Below, one piece after another: positions 53,086 to 64,000 of a stretch of DNA of 64,000 nucleotides. The stretch is taken from assembly GCF_006345805.1 (NCBI RefSeq), contig NC_043003.1:100936001-101000000 (forward strand). Reading direction: 5' to 3'. How positions within the stretch are numbered: the stretch's first letter is position 1; each line of letters begins with the position of its first letter. The notes under the pieces were generated by a model, which did not search any database, was not told the origin of the DNA, and was given only the letters and a program-made list of their open reading frames with translations. Source of the DNA: Octopus sinensis. Lineage: Eukaryota. The position numbers and the translations under genes are program-made.

Positions 53086-53601
53086 AAACTGAGAATGTGT
53101 GTCTGTATGTGTGCATCACTAAAACCCAAGAACTACCCAACTGATTTCATTTAAATTTTACACATACACTACTTAGGATTCATGGGTCAAAAAAATTTTC
53201 GACTTCTTGCCTAATGTTTCAGTATGATGCCTTAAAAATGAAACATCTCTATTGTAATTTGAGATAATAGTTTCAGTTTTAATACTTTCACTATTAATAC
53301 TTTCACCATGTATATAATATATACATAATGAAACTATGAATACTGCAACTATTATCTCACTTTACATATATACATGCATATATATATATATATATATATA
53401 TATTTAAGTAGGTGAATGAATTATCCTAGTATGGAAAATTCGGTTAACCGATACCTGTGTAGCAAATTCACGTCAGAAGACACGGTTGAAGTTACATGCC
53501 AAGGGTAGAAACTACATGTTCTTGTGTGGAAATTTGTGTGTTTTTTTATATGAATAAATGAAAGAATGGAGTTGAACAAAGATTTTAACAAAATTCCTTT
53601 A

Positions 53602-53684
53602 CTCTCGACATATGTTTCGAAGACTGCATATTCTTAATTCCGAAGGAATAAATGGTGCATTGTGCCGTCTTCTCATCAGGAAAG
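53602..53684 (-). ncRNA. Type I hammerhead ribozyme with an intact core (inverted copy)
   Basis: Reverse complement of the plus-strand copy. CTGATGA at 53679-53673 and the GUC triplet at 53609-53607. Confidence 0.88.
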
Positions 53685-53765
53685 ACAAGGAACATTGATG
53701 TGGACACCATGTAGGCATTCATCAAAAAGTTTTTGTTCGTCTTGAGGCTGATGGAGGTTCCTTGT

Positions 53766-53848
53766 CTTTCCTGATGAGAAGACGGCATAATGCATCATTT
53801 ATTCCTTCGGAATTAAGAATATGCAGTCTTCGAAACATATGTCGAGAG
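53766..53848 (+). ncRNA. Type I hammerhead ribozyme with an intact core
   Basis: CTTTC-CTGATGA-GAAGAC..GTCTTC-GAAAC-ATAT-GTC|GAGAG. Predicted cleavage is after 53843. Confidence 0.88.
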
Positions 53849-54004
53849 TAAAGGAATTTTGTTAAAATCTTCGTTCGACTCCATTCTTTCATTTATTCAT
53901 ATATATATATCTGCTCATATATATGTATGTATATGTATAGATGTATATGTATATGTATACATATATATGTGTGTATATTTATAAATGTGTATGTATAGAT
54001 GTAT

Positions 54005-55865
54005 AGAGAGAAACGTTGGACCTAAGAAGCATCAGATGTGGTGTGCAAGAGAGACGTCTGCGCTGGTATGTTCATGTGGCGAGAATGGATGTGGATAGCT
54101 GTGTGAAAAAGTGCCACACCCTAGCAGTTGAGGGAACCTGTGGAAGACCTGGGATGAGGTGGGGAAGCATGACCTTCAAACATTGGGCCTCACCGAGGCA
54201 ATGACTAGTGACCGGGGCCTCTGGAAATATGCTGTGCTTCAGAAGACTCGGCAAGCTCAAGTGAGACCATAACCTCGTGGCCTATGTTAGGGTTGTAACC
54301 AGTTCACTTATGTGTGCCCTTTCTTCATTGGACACTAAACTCTGCTTGTGAAGACCAGTTGAGATAAGTGAAATCGAAATCAAAATGAAACTCGGTGACT
54401 GGCATCCATTGCTAGTGGAGTGCTAAGGGTACCTTACAAGTGAGATCGTTGCCAGAGCAACAAGCTGGCCTTCATGCCGATGGCACGTTAAGCACACCAT
54501 TCGAGCGTGATCATTACCGCATCACCTTACAAGCACTTATGCTGGTGGCATGTGAAACATTTGAGTGAGGTCGTCGCCAGTGCTGCTGGACTGGCTCCTG
54601 TGCAGGTGGCACGTAAAAAGCACCATTTGGGCATGGCCATTGCCAGAACCACTAAACTGGCCCTCGTACCGGTGACATGTAAAAGCATCCACTACACTCT
54701 CGGAGTATTGCGTTAGGAAGGGCATCCAGCTGCAGAAAGTCTGCCAGATCAGATTGGAGTCTGGTTCACCAGACCTCAGTCAAATCGTCCAACCCATGCT
54801 AGCATGGAAAGCGGACGTTAAATGATGATGATGATGATGATGATGAGATATATATATATACATTATATATATAGATAGGTTTATATGTATATATATGTAA
54901 GAAGAAAAAACTGTATATATATATGTATACATCTATCTATATAGCATGTGTAAAAACAGCCATGCTACATGGCAGTGAAACTTGGGCCGTGACTGCTGAG
55001 GACATGCGTAAGCTCACAAGGAATGAAGCCAGTATGTGTAATGTCAGTGTGCATACTCGACAGAGTGTAAGTACCTTGAGAGAAAAGTTGGACCTCAGAA
55101 GCATCAATTGTGGTGTGCAAGAGAGACGATTGCGCTGGTATGGTCATGTGGCAAGAATGGATGAAGATAGCTGTGTGAAAAAGTACCACATCGAACATTA
55201 GGCCTCACTGAGGCAATGACTAATGACAGAGACCTTTGGAAATATGCTGTGCATGAGAAGACCCGGCAGGACAAGTGAGACCATGACTCGTGGCCTTTAC
55301 CAGGGATGTAGCCAGTCCACTTATGCATGTTTTTCATTCTTTGGACACTAAAACTCTGCTTGCGAAGACCTGTTGAGGCAAGTGAAATCGAAATTGAATT
55401 TGAAATCAAACCAAATTCGATGACTTGCAACCATGTCAAAATTGAAATTGAAATTGAACCAAATTCGATGACTAGCACCCGTGCCAGTGGAGTGCTAACA
55501 GCTCCATCCGAGTGGGATCACTGCCAGAGCAGCTGTCTGGCTTCCATGCCGGTGGGCACATAAAAAGCATCATTAGAGCATGATCATTACCAGCGTCGCC
55601 CGACTGGCACTTGTGCAGGTAGCATGTGAACAAAACATTCGAGCAAGGTTGTTGTCAGTGCTGCTGGACTGACACCTGTGCAGGTGGCATGTAAAAGCAC
55701 CCACTACACTCTCGGAGTGGTTGGCGTTGGGAAGGGCATCCAGCTGTAGAAACTCTGCCAGATCAGACTGGAGCCTAGCGCAGCCATCTGGTTCGCCAGT
55801 CCTCAGTCAAATCGTCCAACCCATGCTAGTATGGAAAGCAGATGTTAAAGGATGATGATGCCGAT
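54005..55865 (+). mobile_element. Two tandem 5'-truncated RTE 3'-end copies (54005-54845, 54945-55865)
   Basis: 'DLRSIRCGVQERRLRWY.HVARMD' plus the 3' UTR and (GAT)n tail. Same family as 10722-13140, opposite orientation. Confidence 0.9.
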
Positions 55866-55869
55866 GATG

Positions 55870-55932
55870 ATATATTTATATGTGTATATATATATGTATA
55901 TATATATGTGTATATATATATATATATATATA

Positions 55933-55964
<32 letters not shown>

Positions 55965-55974
55965 TGTATATATA

Positions 55975-56038
<64 letters not shown>

Positions 56039-56056
56039 TATAGTATATATATATAT

Positions 56057-56121
<65 letters not shown>

Positions 56122-56166
56122 TATTGTATATATATATATATATATGTGTATATATAATATATATAT

Positions 56167-56225
<59 letters not shown>
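55870..56225. repeat. Long interrupted (TA)n microsatellite
   Basis: Directly visible. Further TA tracts lie at 14985-15040, 17220-17415, 17757-17945, 18290-18420 and 52870-53085. Confidence 0.97.
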
Positions 56226-56228
<3 letters not shown>

Positions 56229-56319
56229 ATCCAAACAAGAAAACAAAAAACACAACAACGCAAGGACGTGGAACAAATAAAGTATTATTGGACGCTCAGG
56301 AAAGAAGGGAAGAAGGAGG

Positions 56320-56354
56320 GTTTAACGTTTCGAGTGGAGCTCTTTGTCGGAAAC
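56320..56354 (-). ncRNA. Minimal hammerhead-like motif with a degenerate core, same family as 15139-15176
   Basis: GTTT-CCGACAAA-GAGC tcc ACTC-GAAACG-TT-AAAC. Confidence 0.4.
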
Positions 56355-56680
56355 ATAGGAGAAGGAAAGATCCCGAGAAGGGAAGACAGAGGAAAAAGAA
56401 TCGCTGGTGGTACTCACGAGGTCACATACTGAAAGCAATATTTATATATATATATTATATATATATATATACACACATATATATATGTATATATATACAT
56501 ATATATATAGCAGAACCTTCTAGCAGTTCATAGCAACTGAATATTATTCAGACAGTTGATAAACTCCACTACCTTAAATGTTCTTAAAATTTAAATCCAC
56601 ATCTTTGTCAATATATCTACCTTCTCTATAATGTTATCACTTGATATGAAAATTATGTATTAATGGAAAACCTCTATTAA

Positions 56681-56764
56681 TGGCTGATGAGTGCTCAGCA
56701 TTTTAAAACTGTTGTAATACTTACAACATTTAATAAAATGATGTAGTGCGAAACGATCGTACCA
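56681..56764 (+). ncRNA. Type I hammerhead ribozyme with extended stem II in the 5' pLTR
   Basis: TGG-CTGATGA-GTGCT..CATTTTA..GTTGTAA tac TTACAAC..TAAAATG..AGTGC-GAAAC-GATC-GTA|CCA. Confidence 0.75.
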
Positions 56765-57837
56765 AATTACCAAAGTTATTCTTGTTGCTTATTTTGATTA
56801 TAATCACCCCATGGATTTATATGGATAACACCATACAAAATTCTGGTGCATCTAACTTAAGTACCATATTCATTTGAATCTAAATTTTGCTGAACTTATA
56901 ATTCCATACATTGTGTATGCTTTCCGGTACTTAACTTCTAAACAAGGATGGAAAAGGTAAATATAGAGTTTTCCCCGAAGGATATCCCCTTACATAGTAA
57001 GAACGAATACATATGGCTATTGATCCACAGAACCAATGAGTTTATCTGAAGAATAAGATGGATTAGTTACCACCACGATACCAAACTGAAAGAGAATCCT
57101 CAACAAAGACACTTAAATAATCACTATAAAAAGATTTTCAGAAGTAGGAAGAGCCCACTGAATCCATTGCTTGACAACTTTGAAAAAGATTTGCTTGACC
57201 TTATTGCAAATGTTAAATTCAAGGAACATCCACTAAGGTATAACTCACACCTTAGATATCTAAAGGATTTCATTAAATCTCTACAAAATAAACAGGGCAT
57301 CCTGGTCCCAGCTGACAAAACTGGAAACCTTTACAGAATGGATTATGCAACATACAGTAAGCTCATTAGAAAGGAACTGAACTTAAGATATAAAGTAACG
57401 ACAAAGAAGAACCTGAGGGATATTAATTTGGAAATCAAAAAGTTATGACAAATTATGATCTAGCTGATAGACAGAACCTTTAACACCATGTGAACCTAGG
57501 ATTAATCTTAAGGACCATAGGAAAAATTTCTCCGAAAACCCTTGTGTGAGACTCATATGTCCAACTAAGTCAGACATTGGATTAATACAGACGAGGTAAT
57601 AGATTGGTTTACATCTTTAGATAATAATAATAGAATTTCTTTTATCCAATTTGACATTAACAATTACTATTCCAGCATATCCTCCATTCTACTTAATAAA
57701 TCACTCATTTTTGCTAAGAACCTCTCTCTCATATCTAGGGAAGAAATTGACATCATCCTATTAGCTAGGAAAATTATCATCGAATTTGAAGGAAAATTAT
57801 GGACTAGGGCGGATACCCCTAATAATTTTGACATACC

Positions 57838-58046
57838 AGTGGTTAGGGCAGTGGACTTGCGGTCGGAGGATCGCGGTTTCGATTCCCAGACCGGGCGTTG
57901 TGTGTGTTTATTGAGCGAAAACACCTAAAAGCTCCACGAGGCTCCGGCAGGGGGTGGTGGTGATCCCTGCTGTACTCTTTCACCACTCTAAAAGGCGGTG
58001 CTCCAGCATGGCCGCAGTCAAATGACTGAAACAAGTACAAAAAAAA
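57838..58046 (+). mobile_element. SINE inserted into the PLE RT, with a 5-bp TSD ATACC
   Basis: ATACC at 57833-37 and 58047-51. Removing the insert restores F-D-I-P-M-G-S-S-D. Confidence 0.88.
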
Positions 58047-59177
58047 ATACCTATGGGCTCAAGTGATTCGGCGGAGATAACTAATCTAGTAGGAGCATAT
58101 TTATTAAAATGCATAAGTAGAGATATCCCGGAATTACAAGGTGGTTTATATAGAGATGACGCTTTGTTTATTGTACCTAGTAACAATAAATCAAAAATTG
58201 AGAGAATAAAAAAGAAAATTAGTAAATTTTTCAAAGATTTCAACCTAGGCATTACGTATGAACCTAACACCAGGATAGTGAATTTTCTAGACGTTACCTT
58301 AGATTTAAATTCAAAGTTAAATCACTCATTTAGAAAGGAAGGTGAAGTTACCAGATATGTAAATAAATCATCTAATCACCCCCCGAATATATTTAAATCA
58401 ATGGTGAAAAATATTTCTCAGAGAATTTCAAAATTATCATCAAATATTGAAATCTTTGACTCTCACTCTAATCATTATAATGTTGCATTATCCAAGGCTG
58501 GATACGACCAGGAAATCACCTTCTAGATCTTGATAACATAAATCTCCTAAACGATGGAGTGAATGTAAATGGCTCAAGTAATATAGAATCTCATACTCTA
58601 AATAAACATAAATCAATAGAAGAAGAGAACCTAGTGTATAAACCCAATAATAAGAATGGAAATAGTAAACACATCATAAATAAATATGAAAATGCTAATC
58701 CAGATATAATAAACGTAAATAAGTATACAAAAATTTCTCCCACAAAGAAAAAACCTAATAAACCTAAAAATAAGACTAAAATGAATAATGAATCTCGTAA
58801 GAATATGGATAACACTAATCTTTCCCACTCTTACTCAAACAAAAAAATGTTATTTGGCTAAATATTCCCTTCAACTGTGCGATCTCGATGAATATATACA
58901 ATAGATTTATGTCTATACTGGAAAGAAACTTTCCAGCTTCCCATAAATATTATAAAATAATTTCTAAGAAATCAGTAAGAATATCATATTCTACTCTCCC
59001 AAATATGGCTACCATAATAGCTAGACTTAATAGTAAAAATATTAAGTTAGCTAGGGATAGAATAAATTGTAACAATAACAATAATAGTAATAATAATAAT
59101 AAAAATAGCAATAATAATAATGATAATAATAATAATAATAATAGTATTAGTAGTAATGATAATAATAATAATAATAA

Positions 59178-59868
59178 GGCACGATAGAGCTGCACAATAT
59201 ATTCACTGGGTAATCTGTAAAAACCTGGATTTGCCCCATGAAAAAAACTGGTGGGAACACAAACCACCCCCAGTGCTTGAAAATGACCACATCTCACTCC
59301 TCTGGAACTTCACCATTCAAACTGACAGAAAGATAGATGCAAATAGGCCAGACATTATATTGAAAGACTTCAAACAAAGAACATGCCTCCTCATTGATAT
59401 GACTGTCCCAATCGATATAAACGTATCTGTCAAGACCTACCAAAAACTGAGCAAATATAAAGATCTTGAAATAGAAATCAGCAAAATGTGGAACCTGAAG
59501 ACTGAAACAATACCTGTTGTCATAGGTGCCCTGGGAATGATAGCAAAAGGGGCTGATAGCTACCTAACTCAGATACCAGGAAACCCAAAAATGGCAGAAG
59601 TTCAAAAGATAGTGCTCATGGGAACTGCTCATATCCTACGCAAAATACTTTCTCTGTAATCTCAAGGTTTAAAACAAATATAATTTTCGGTTTAAAAAAA
59701 AAAAAAAATCCTTTTTTAGACATTCATTAGTACAACACCCCCACCCCCCATATAGATGGCACACTAGGCATAACAACAACATGAACTTCCAACCCTGTTG
59801 TCTCTTGAGGTCTCTGGGTGAGACTTGGAGCCAACTTTGTACAAATATAAAGCAAAAGTCAAACATAG
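59178..59868 (+). mobile_element. 5'-truncated Dong/R4-clade LINE (RLE endonuclease plus 3' UTR) inserted in (TAA)n
   Basis: RHDRAAQYIHW..NRPDII..CLLIDMTVP..KLSKYKDL..PVVIGALG. Flanked on both sides by (AAT)n. Confidence 0.9.
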
Positions 59869-61634
59869 AATAATAATAATAATAATAATAATGGTAATAA
59901 TAATAATAATATTAATAATGATGATGATAATAATAATAACAATAATAACAACTTTAATATAAATAATGATAATAGCAACATCAATAATATAGGTAGTATA
60001 GATAAAAGTGTAGTAGGTGATGATAATGAATAACCCCAGTGATGATAACCCCAGTTTGCATAACAATGGCACTACTATTAGAGAAAATAACACTAATACT
60101 AATAACAACTCAAATAACAGAAATGAAAATGAATTGTCCATAAATAATACTAGTACTAGAAATTATCCCCCCAGTTGTAATTGTAGGATTAGATCGAAAT
60201 ATCCAGTATCTGGCCGTTGTTCGGTCCAAAATGTGATTTATAAATGTACAATAATAACTTCAAATAACAACTATCTTTATTTCGGTTGTTCGGTAGATTT
60301 AAAAAAACCTTTAAACAATCATTTTTCCTCCTTTAGGCTCAAACACAAAGCAGGTTGCACAACATTGTCTAGTAAAATTTGGGAACTGAAAACGAATAAT
60401 ATAGAATTCAACCTGAAATGGGATATAGTAAGAAAAGCACGGCCTTATAAGAATAGTAGGGATGGTTGTGAACTTTGTTCTATGGAAACATATGAAATTT
60501 TAAAACATTGGAGTAATACAAATCTGTTAACTAACCATTCGGAGCTAGGAGTATCTTGCATACATCACACAACCCGTACGTTTAAATATTTTAAATAATA
60601 ATATTGTGAATATTCCTAGATTTTTCAAATTTTAATTCTTTATAACCAATTAAGAACGAATATACCATACTGGTTTTTAATTCAACATACATAGATTACT
60701 AAAAAACTTCATTGCAAACTTAGAATTAAATTCTCCTTTTTTGATATTCTCCTATACTAAATAGTATAAATTCTATATCCCTAAGGAAACTATTCGGTTC
60801 ACCTTGATTATCTCACTTCCATTTCTTAATATATAATTAACCTAAGATCTTTTTACCTAACTAATTAGCCTTTCTCCGCGGGTAATAAATATTATTTCCA
60901 ACAGATTCTATATTTTGATTCATTAATAACAACTCACTATCTATGAAATCTGAGAAATTTACTCTTCTAAATTACTTCTTTTCATATTATTAAATCACCT
61001 TCTACTAAACCTACAAATACCTTTCTTCTTTGATTTCTCCTCTTCCATTTTTCCTATTATATATTTTTGGCCCCTAATATATTCACTTGATTAATAAGAC
61101 TTTTGTCCCCAATTAATAAGTATTATGCCTACTCATAATAAGATTGAATAAATTTTAGATCTATAATTTCTCCTTTAATCCAACATATCAAAATACTCAG
61201 AACCTATCAGCTAATTATAATGTTGATGTATATTAGTTTAAAAAAATCTCTGCATTCTCTATGAGTGGTAATTATAACCATTTGACATTAACCTAGTTTT
61301 CCTCATTCTAAATCTGTTTACCAAATTGTAGTAATTGGCATCTGTAGTGTGACAACCCTTCTCTCTCTACCGAAATTTCTTTATATGGAACTTTGACATC
61401 TATTTCACCCCTATTTCTATAAATAGAAAATCTTTTTTGCCTCTTTTCAATTGTCCATTCTTCTCAGAACCTTCTAGCAGTTCATAGCAACTGAATATTA
61501 TTCAGTCAGTTGATAAACTCCACTACCTTAAATGTTCTTAAAATTTAAATCCACATCTTTGTCTATATATCTACCTTCTCTATAATGTTATCACTTGATA
61601 TGAAAATTATGTATTAATGGAAAACCTCTATTAA

Positions 61635-61718
61635 TGGCTGGTGAATGCTCAGCATTTTGAAACTGTTGTAATACTTACAACATTTAATAAAATGATGTAG
61701 TGCGAAACGATCGTACCA
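61635..61718 (+). ncRNA. Hammerhead copy in the 3' pLTR with a mutated core (CTGGTGA)
   Basis: Same fold as 56681-56764, with A6>G and G10.1>A substitutions. Confidence 0.6.
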
Positions 61719-61752
61719 AACTACCGAAGTTATTCTTGTTGCTTATTTTGAT

Positions 61753-61787
<35 letters not shown>

Positions 61788-61789
61788 AG

Positions 61790-62060
61790 CCTTGTGAGTG
61801 GATTTAAAACACGGAAACTGAAAGAAGACTGTTGTATATATGTGTATATTTGTGTGTGTGGGTATCTGTGTTTGTACCCACTCCATCACTTGACAACTGA
61901 TCTTGTTGTGTTTATGTTTCCATAACTTAGCTGTTTGGCAAAACACACTGATAGAATTAGTATTCTGTTTGCAAAGAATAGATCCTGGGGGTGATTTCTT
62001 TGACTAAAGGCCGTGCTCCAGCATGGCTACAGTCACATGACCGAAACAAGTAAAACAATA
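61790..62060 (+). mobile_element. SINE 3' part
   Basis: Same body and tail as 5040-5270. Confidence 0.7.
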
Positions 62061-62081
62061 AAAATTGATTGCCATTTTAAT

Positions 62082-62109
62082 CCCGAACAATGCCAGGTAT
62101 CTCTGCTAG
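62082..62109 (+). mobile_element. Helitron-like 3' end
   Basis: cccgaacaatgccagg, a degenerate cccggg..ccggg hairpin, followed by CTAG|T. Confidence 0.35.
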
Positions 62110-62149
62110 TACATGTGTGTGTGTGTGTGTGTGTGCATAGATAGATAGT

Positions 62150-62632
62150 TTAATCCACTTTGAACTTCCCAAACCAAACAATAAGAAAGGAGATCGGCTG
62201 CAAGCAGCTTGAGCAGCTTAAGTCAGTGCTAGAAGAAAAATTACCATTTTTGGTTTCAAGACAAAAGATTTTCTTCCATCAGGATAATACTTGGCCACAT
62301 GCAACAAGGATGACATTCCAAAGGCTGGAGCAGTTTGAATGGGAAACGATGCCCCACCCACAATATTCCGTTTATTCTGCAGTCTTCAAAATCATTTGGA
62401 CAGAAAAAATATGAATTTTGTATACGAGGTGAGAACAGTACTAGAGGAGTATTTTTCGTCATGGACAAGTGAATTTTGGAAGAGGGGTTTTGCAAGTCTA
62501 CAAGATAGATGGAAGGGCATTGTAGAAAATGAAGGAGAGTATATTTTAGATTAAAAAAGAACTTTCTTTATCTTTAATTTAAAAAATAAAAGTATAAAAA
62601 AACCACATTATTTATGGGATGACTCAATAATA
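62150..62632 (+). mobile_element. Mariner 3' fragment with TIR
   Basis: IFFHQDNTWPH..MPHPQYS..DRWKGIVENEGEYILD, then TIR attatttatgggatgactcaata. Confidence 0.85.
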
Positions 62633-62639
62633 TACATAT

Positions 62640-62826
62640 GTGTGTGTGTGTGTGTGTAAAAAGCACTGAGACCACTCTGCAGAGTGGTTGGTATTAGGAA
62701 GGGCATCCAACTGTAAAAACCCAGCCAAAAGAGACAGTAGAATAGGGTAGTTTTTCTACCTGCCCTACTCCTGTGAACCATCCTACCCACACATGCATGG
62801 GAGACGGACGTTAAATAATGATGATG
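62640..62826 (+). mobile_element. Short RTE-tail repeat copy
   Basis: gagtggttggtattaggaagggcatccaactgta..ggacgttaaataatgatgatg. Confidence 0.7.
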
Positions 62827-63116
62827 ATATATATATATATATAAGAAAAAGAAGAAAATGAAGAAATTGACGTATAGACATCGATTTATTGAAACAAATC
62901 CAATTTTGAACAATATCAAACTCATATAACCTACAATTGTCTCCATATCCAATCAATTAATTCAAATTTAAAAAATGAAATTAAAGATTCATATTGAATT
63001 GTAATTAATTGAACATCTTTTAGTATTTTACTGATACACTGGATAAAACCAAGGAACTTGGATGATGACATCCCTTTAAGAGATATTTTTATCCTTGAAA
63101 TAATCAATATGATATA

Positions 63117-63860
63117 TATTGGGTCATCCCATAAATAATGCGATTTTTTTCACGTCTTTTATTTTTCAAAATTAAGATAAAGAAAGTTCTTTTTTAATCT
63201 AAAATATACTCTCCTTCATTTTCAACAATGCTCTTCCATCGATCTGGTAGACTTGCAAAACTCCTCTTCCAAAATTCACTTGTCTGTGATGAAAAATACT
63301 CCTCCTGTACTGTTCTCATTTCGTATACAGAATTCATATAAAGACCTTCTTCAGCCTGGGATGCCAATGTTTCTCCTTTTCCCACTCTCTTCGAAGCTTG
63401 ACATTTTTATAGAGAACCCATTTTTTGTCACCAGTCACTGTTCAGTTCAAAAAACTTTCATGCAACACTTTTGAAATGCCAACGAAATTTCAGTGCCAGT
63501 TAATCACTAAAGGAGTTCAGTCATCTATTGTATTCTGCTTGCTAAAATTATGCACGAAGGTTTGACTATCTTTGCTAATCTTAGCTATTTCATTTGCTAT
63601 TTCCTTTAATCATGATTCACTGTAACTGCGTTTCACATAATGACATACAAAAGCATTTATAATCCCCTTTGTCAGTACAAATCCATTTTATCCTCAAAAA
63701 TTGAGATTACAGATTTGACTGAATGATATGATGTGGTTGATTGGAGCAGCAGTGGAGATAAATGTGGGATGATGTGGGCTTGCAAAATAACTCTGTCACT
63801 ATTCTGCCTCCAGAAAACTTAACTTTTGTGTCCAAAAATTCAACACTAGTTTTTGAAAAA
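63117..63860 (-). mobile_element. Mariner remnant of the same family as 62150-62632, inverted
   Basis: TIR tattgggtcatcccataaataatg and DRWKSIVENEGEYILD on the minus strand. Confidence 0.8.
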
Positions 63861-64000
63861 CTAGATGTAAATACTCCTCCTGTACTGTTCTCATTTCGTA
63901 TACAGAATTCATATAAAGACCTTCTTCAGCCTGGGATGCCAATGTTTCTCCTTTTCCCACTCTCTTCGAAGCTTGACATTTTTATAGAGAACCCATTTTT

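Larger units (their letters stand above)
53548..53902. repeat. Near-perfect palindrome with 146-bp arms and a 63-bp spacer
   Basis: 53548-53693 is the reverse complement of 53757-53902, with a few mismatches. Confidence 0.96.
56511..61752 (+). mobile_element. Structurally complete Penelope-like element with 288-bp direct terminal repeats (pLTR 56511-56798, 61465-61752), degraded ORF and nested insertions
   Basis: ORF from ATG 56948. RT motifs ILVPADKTGN, PMGSSDSAE, GGLYRDD, VNFLDVTL, SNHPP. Poly-Asn linker. GIY-YIG 'NVIYKC..YLYFGCS..CELC' ending at 60598. Confidence 0.95.

Noticed and set aside
55826-56533. Long YI/IY-rich ORFs (also at 2.4, 5.4, 17.2, 17.7, 48.5 and 52.9 kb)
   Set aside because: These are translation artefacts of (TA)n, (CATA)n and (TCTA)n microsatellites.

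Overview
AT-rich, repeat-dense animal genomic DNA. The repeat families suggest a coleoid cephalopod such as Octopus, which is an inference. The backbone is the middle of a minus-strand, tandem-GAF cyclic-nucleotide phosphodiesterase gene (PDE10A-like). Seven GT-AG exons found by hand between 44800 and 23216 join in frame (536 nt, GAF-A C-terminus to mid GAF-B). There is also a candidate mutually exclusive 49-nt exon. The flanking exons were not found in the window. An intact, intronless two-RRM hnRNP A/B-like ORF (probable retrogene) lies on the plus strand at 20482-21411. The rest is mobile DNA: Penelope-like elements (PLEs), RTE, Dong/R4 and CR1/L2-type LINEs, mariners, SINEs, a Gypsy remnant, a ~4.9 kb foldback structure and microsatellites. 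The most notable non-coding signal is a set of hammerhead ribozyme (HHR) motifs. These are an inverted pair with intact cores in a 355-bp palindrome (53.5-53.9 kb), a long-stem-II HHR in the terminal repeats of a complete PLE, and a palindrome-borne HHR-like junction with a compensatory G3:C8 core swap (48.8 kb). All calls come from manual reading; no searches or folding programs were run.
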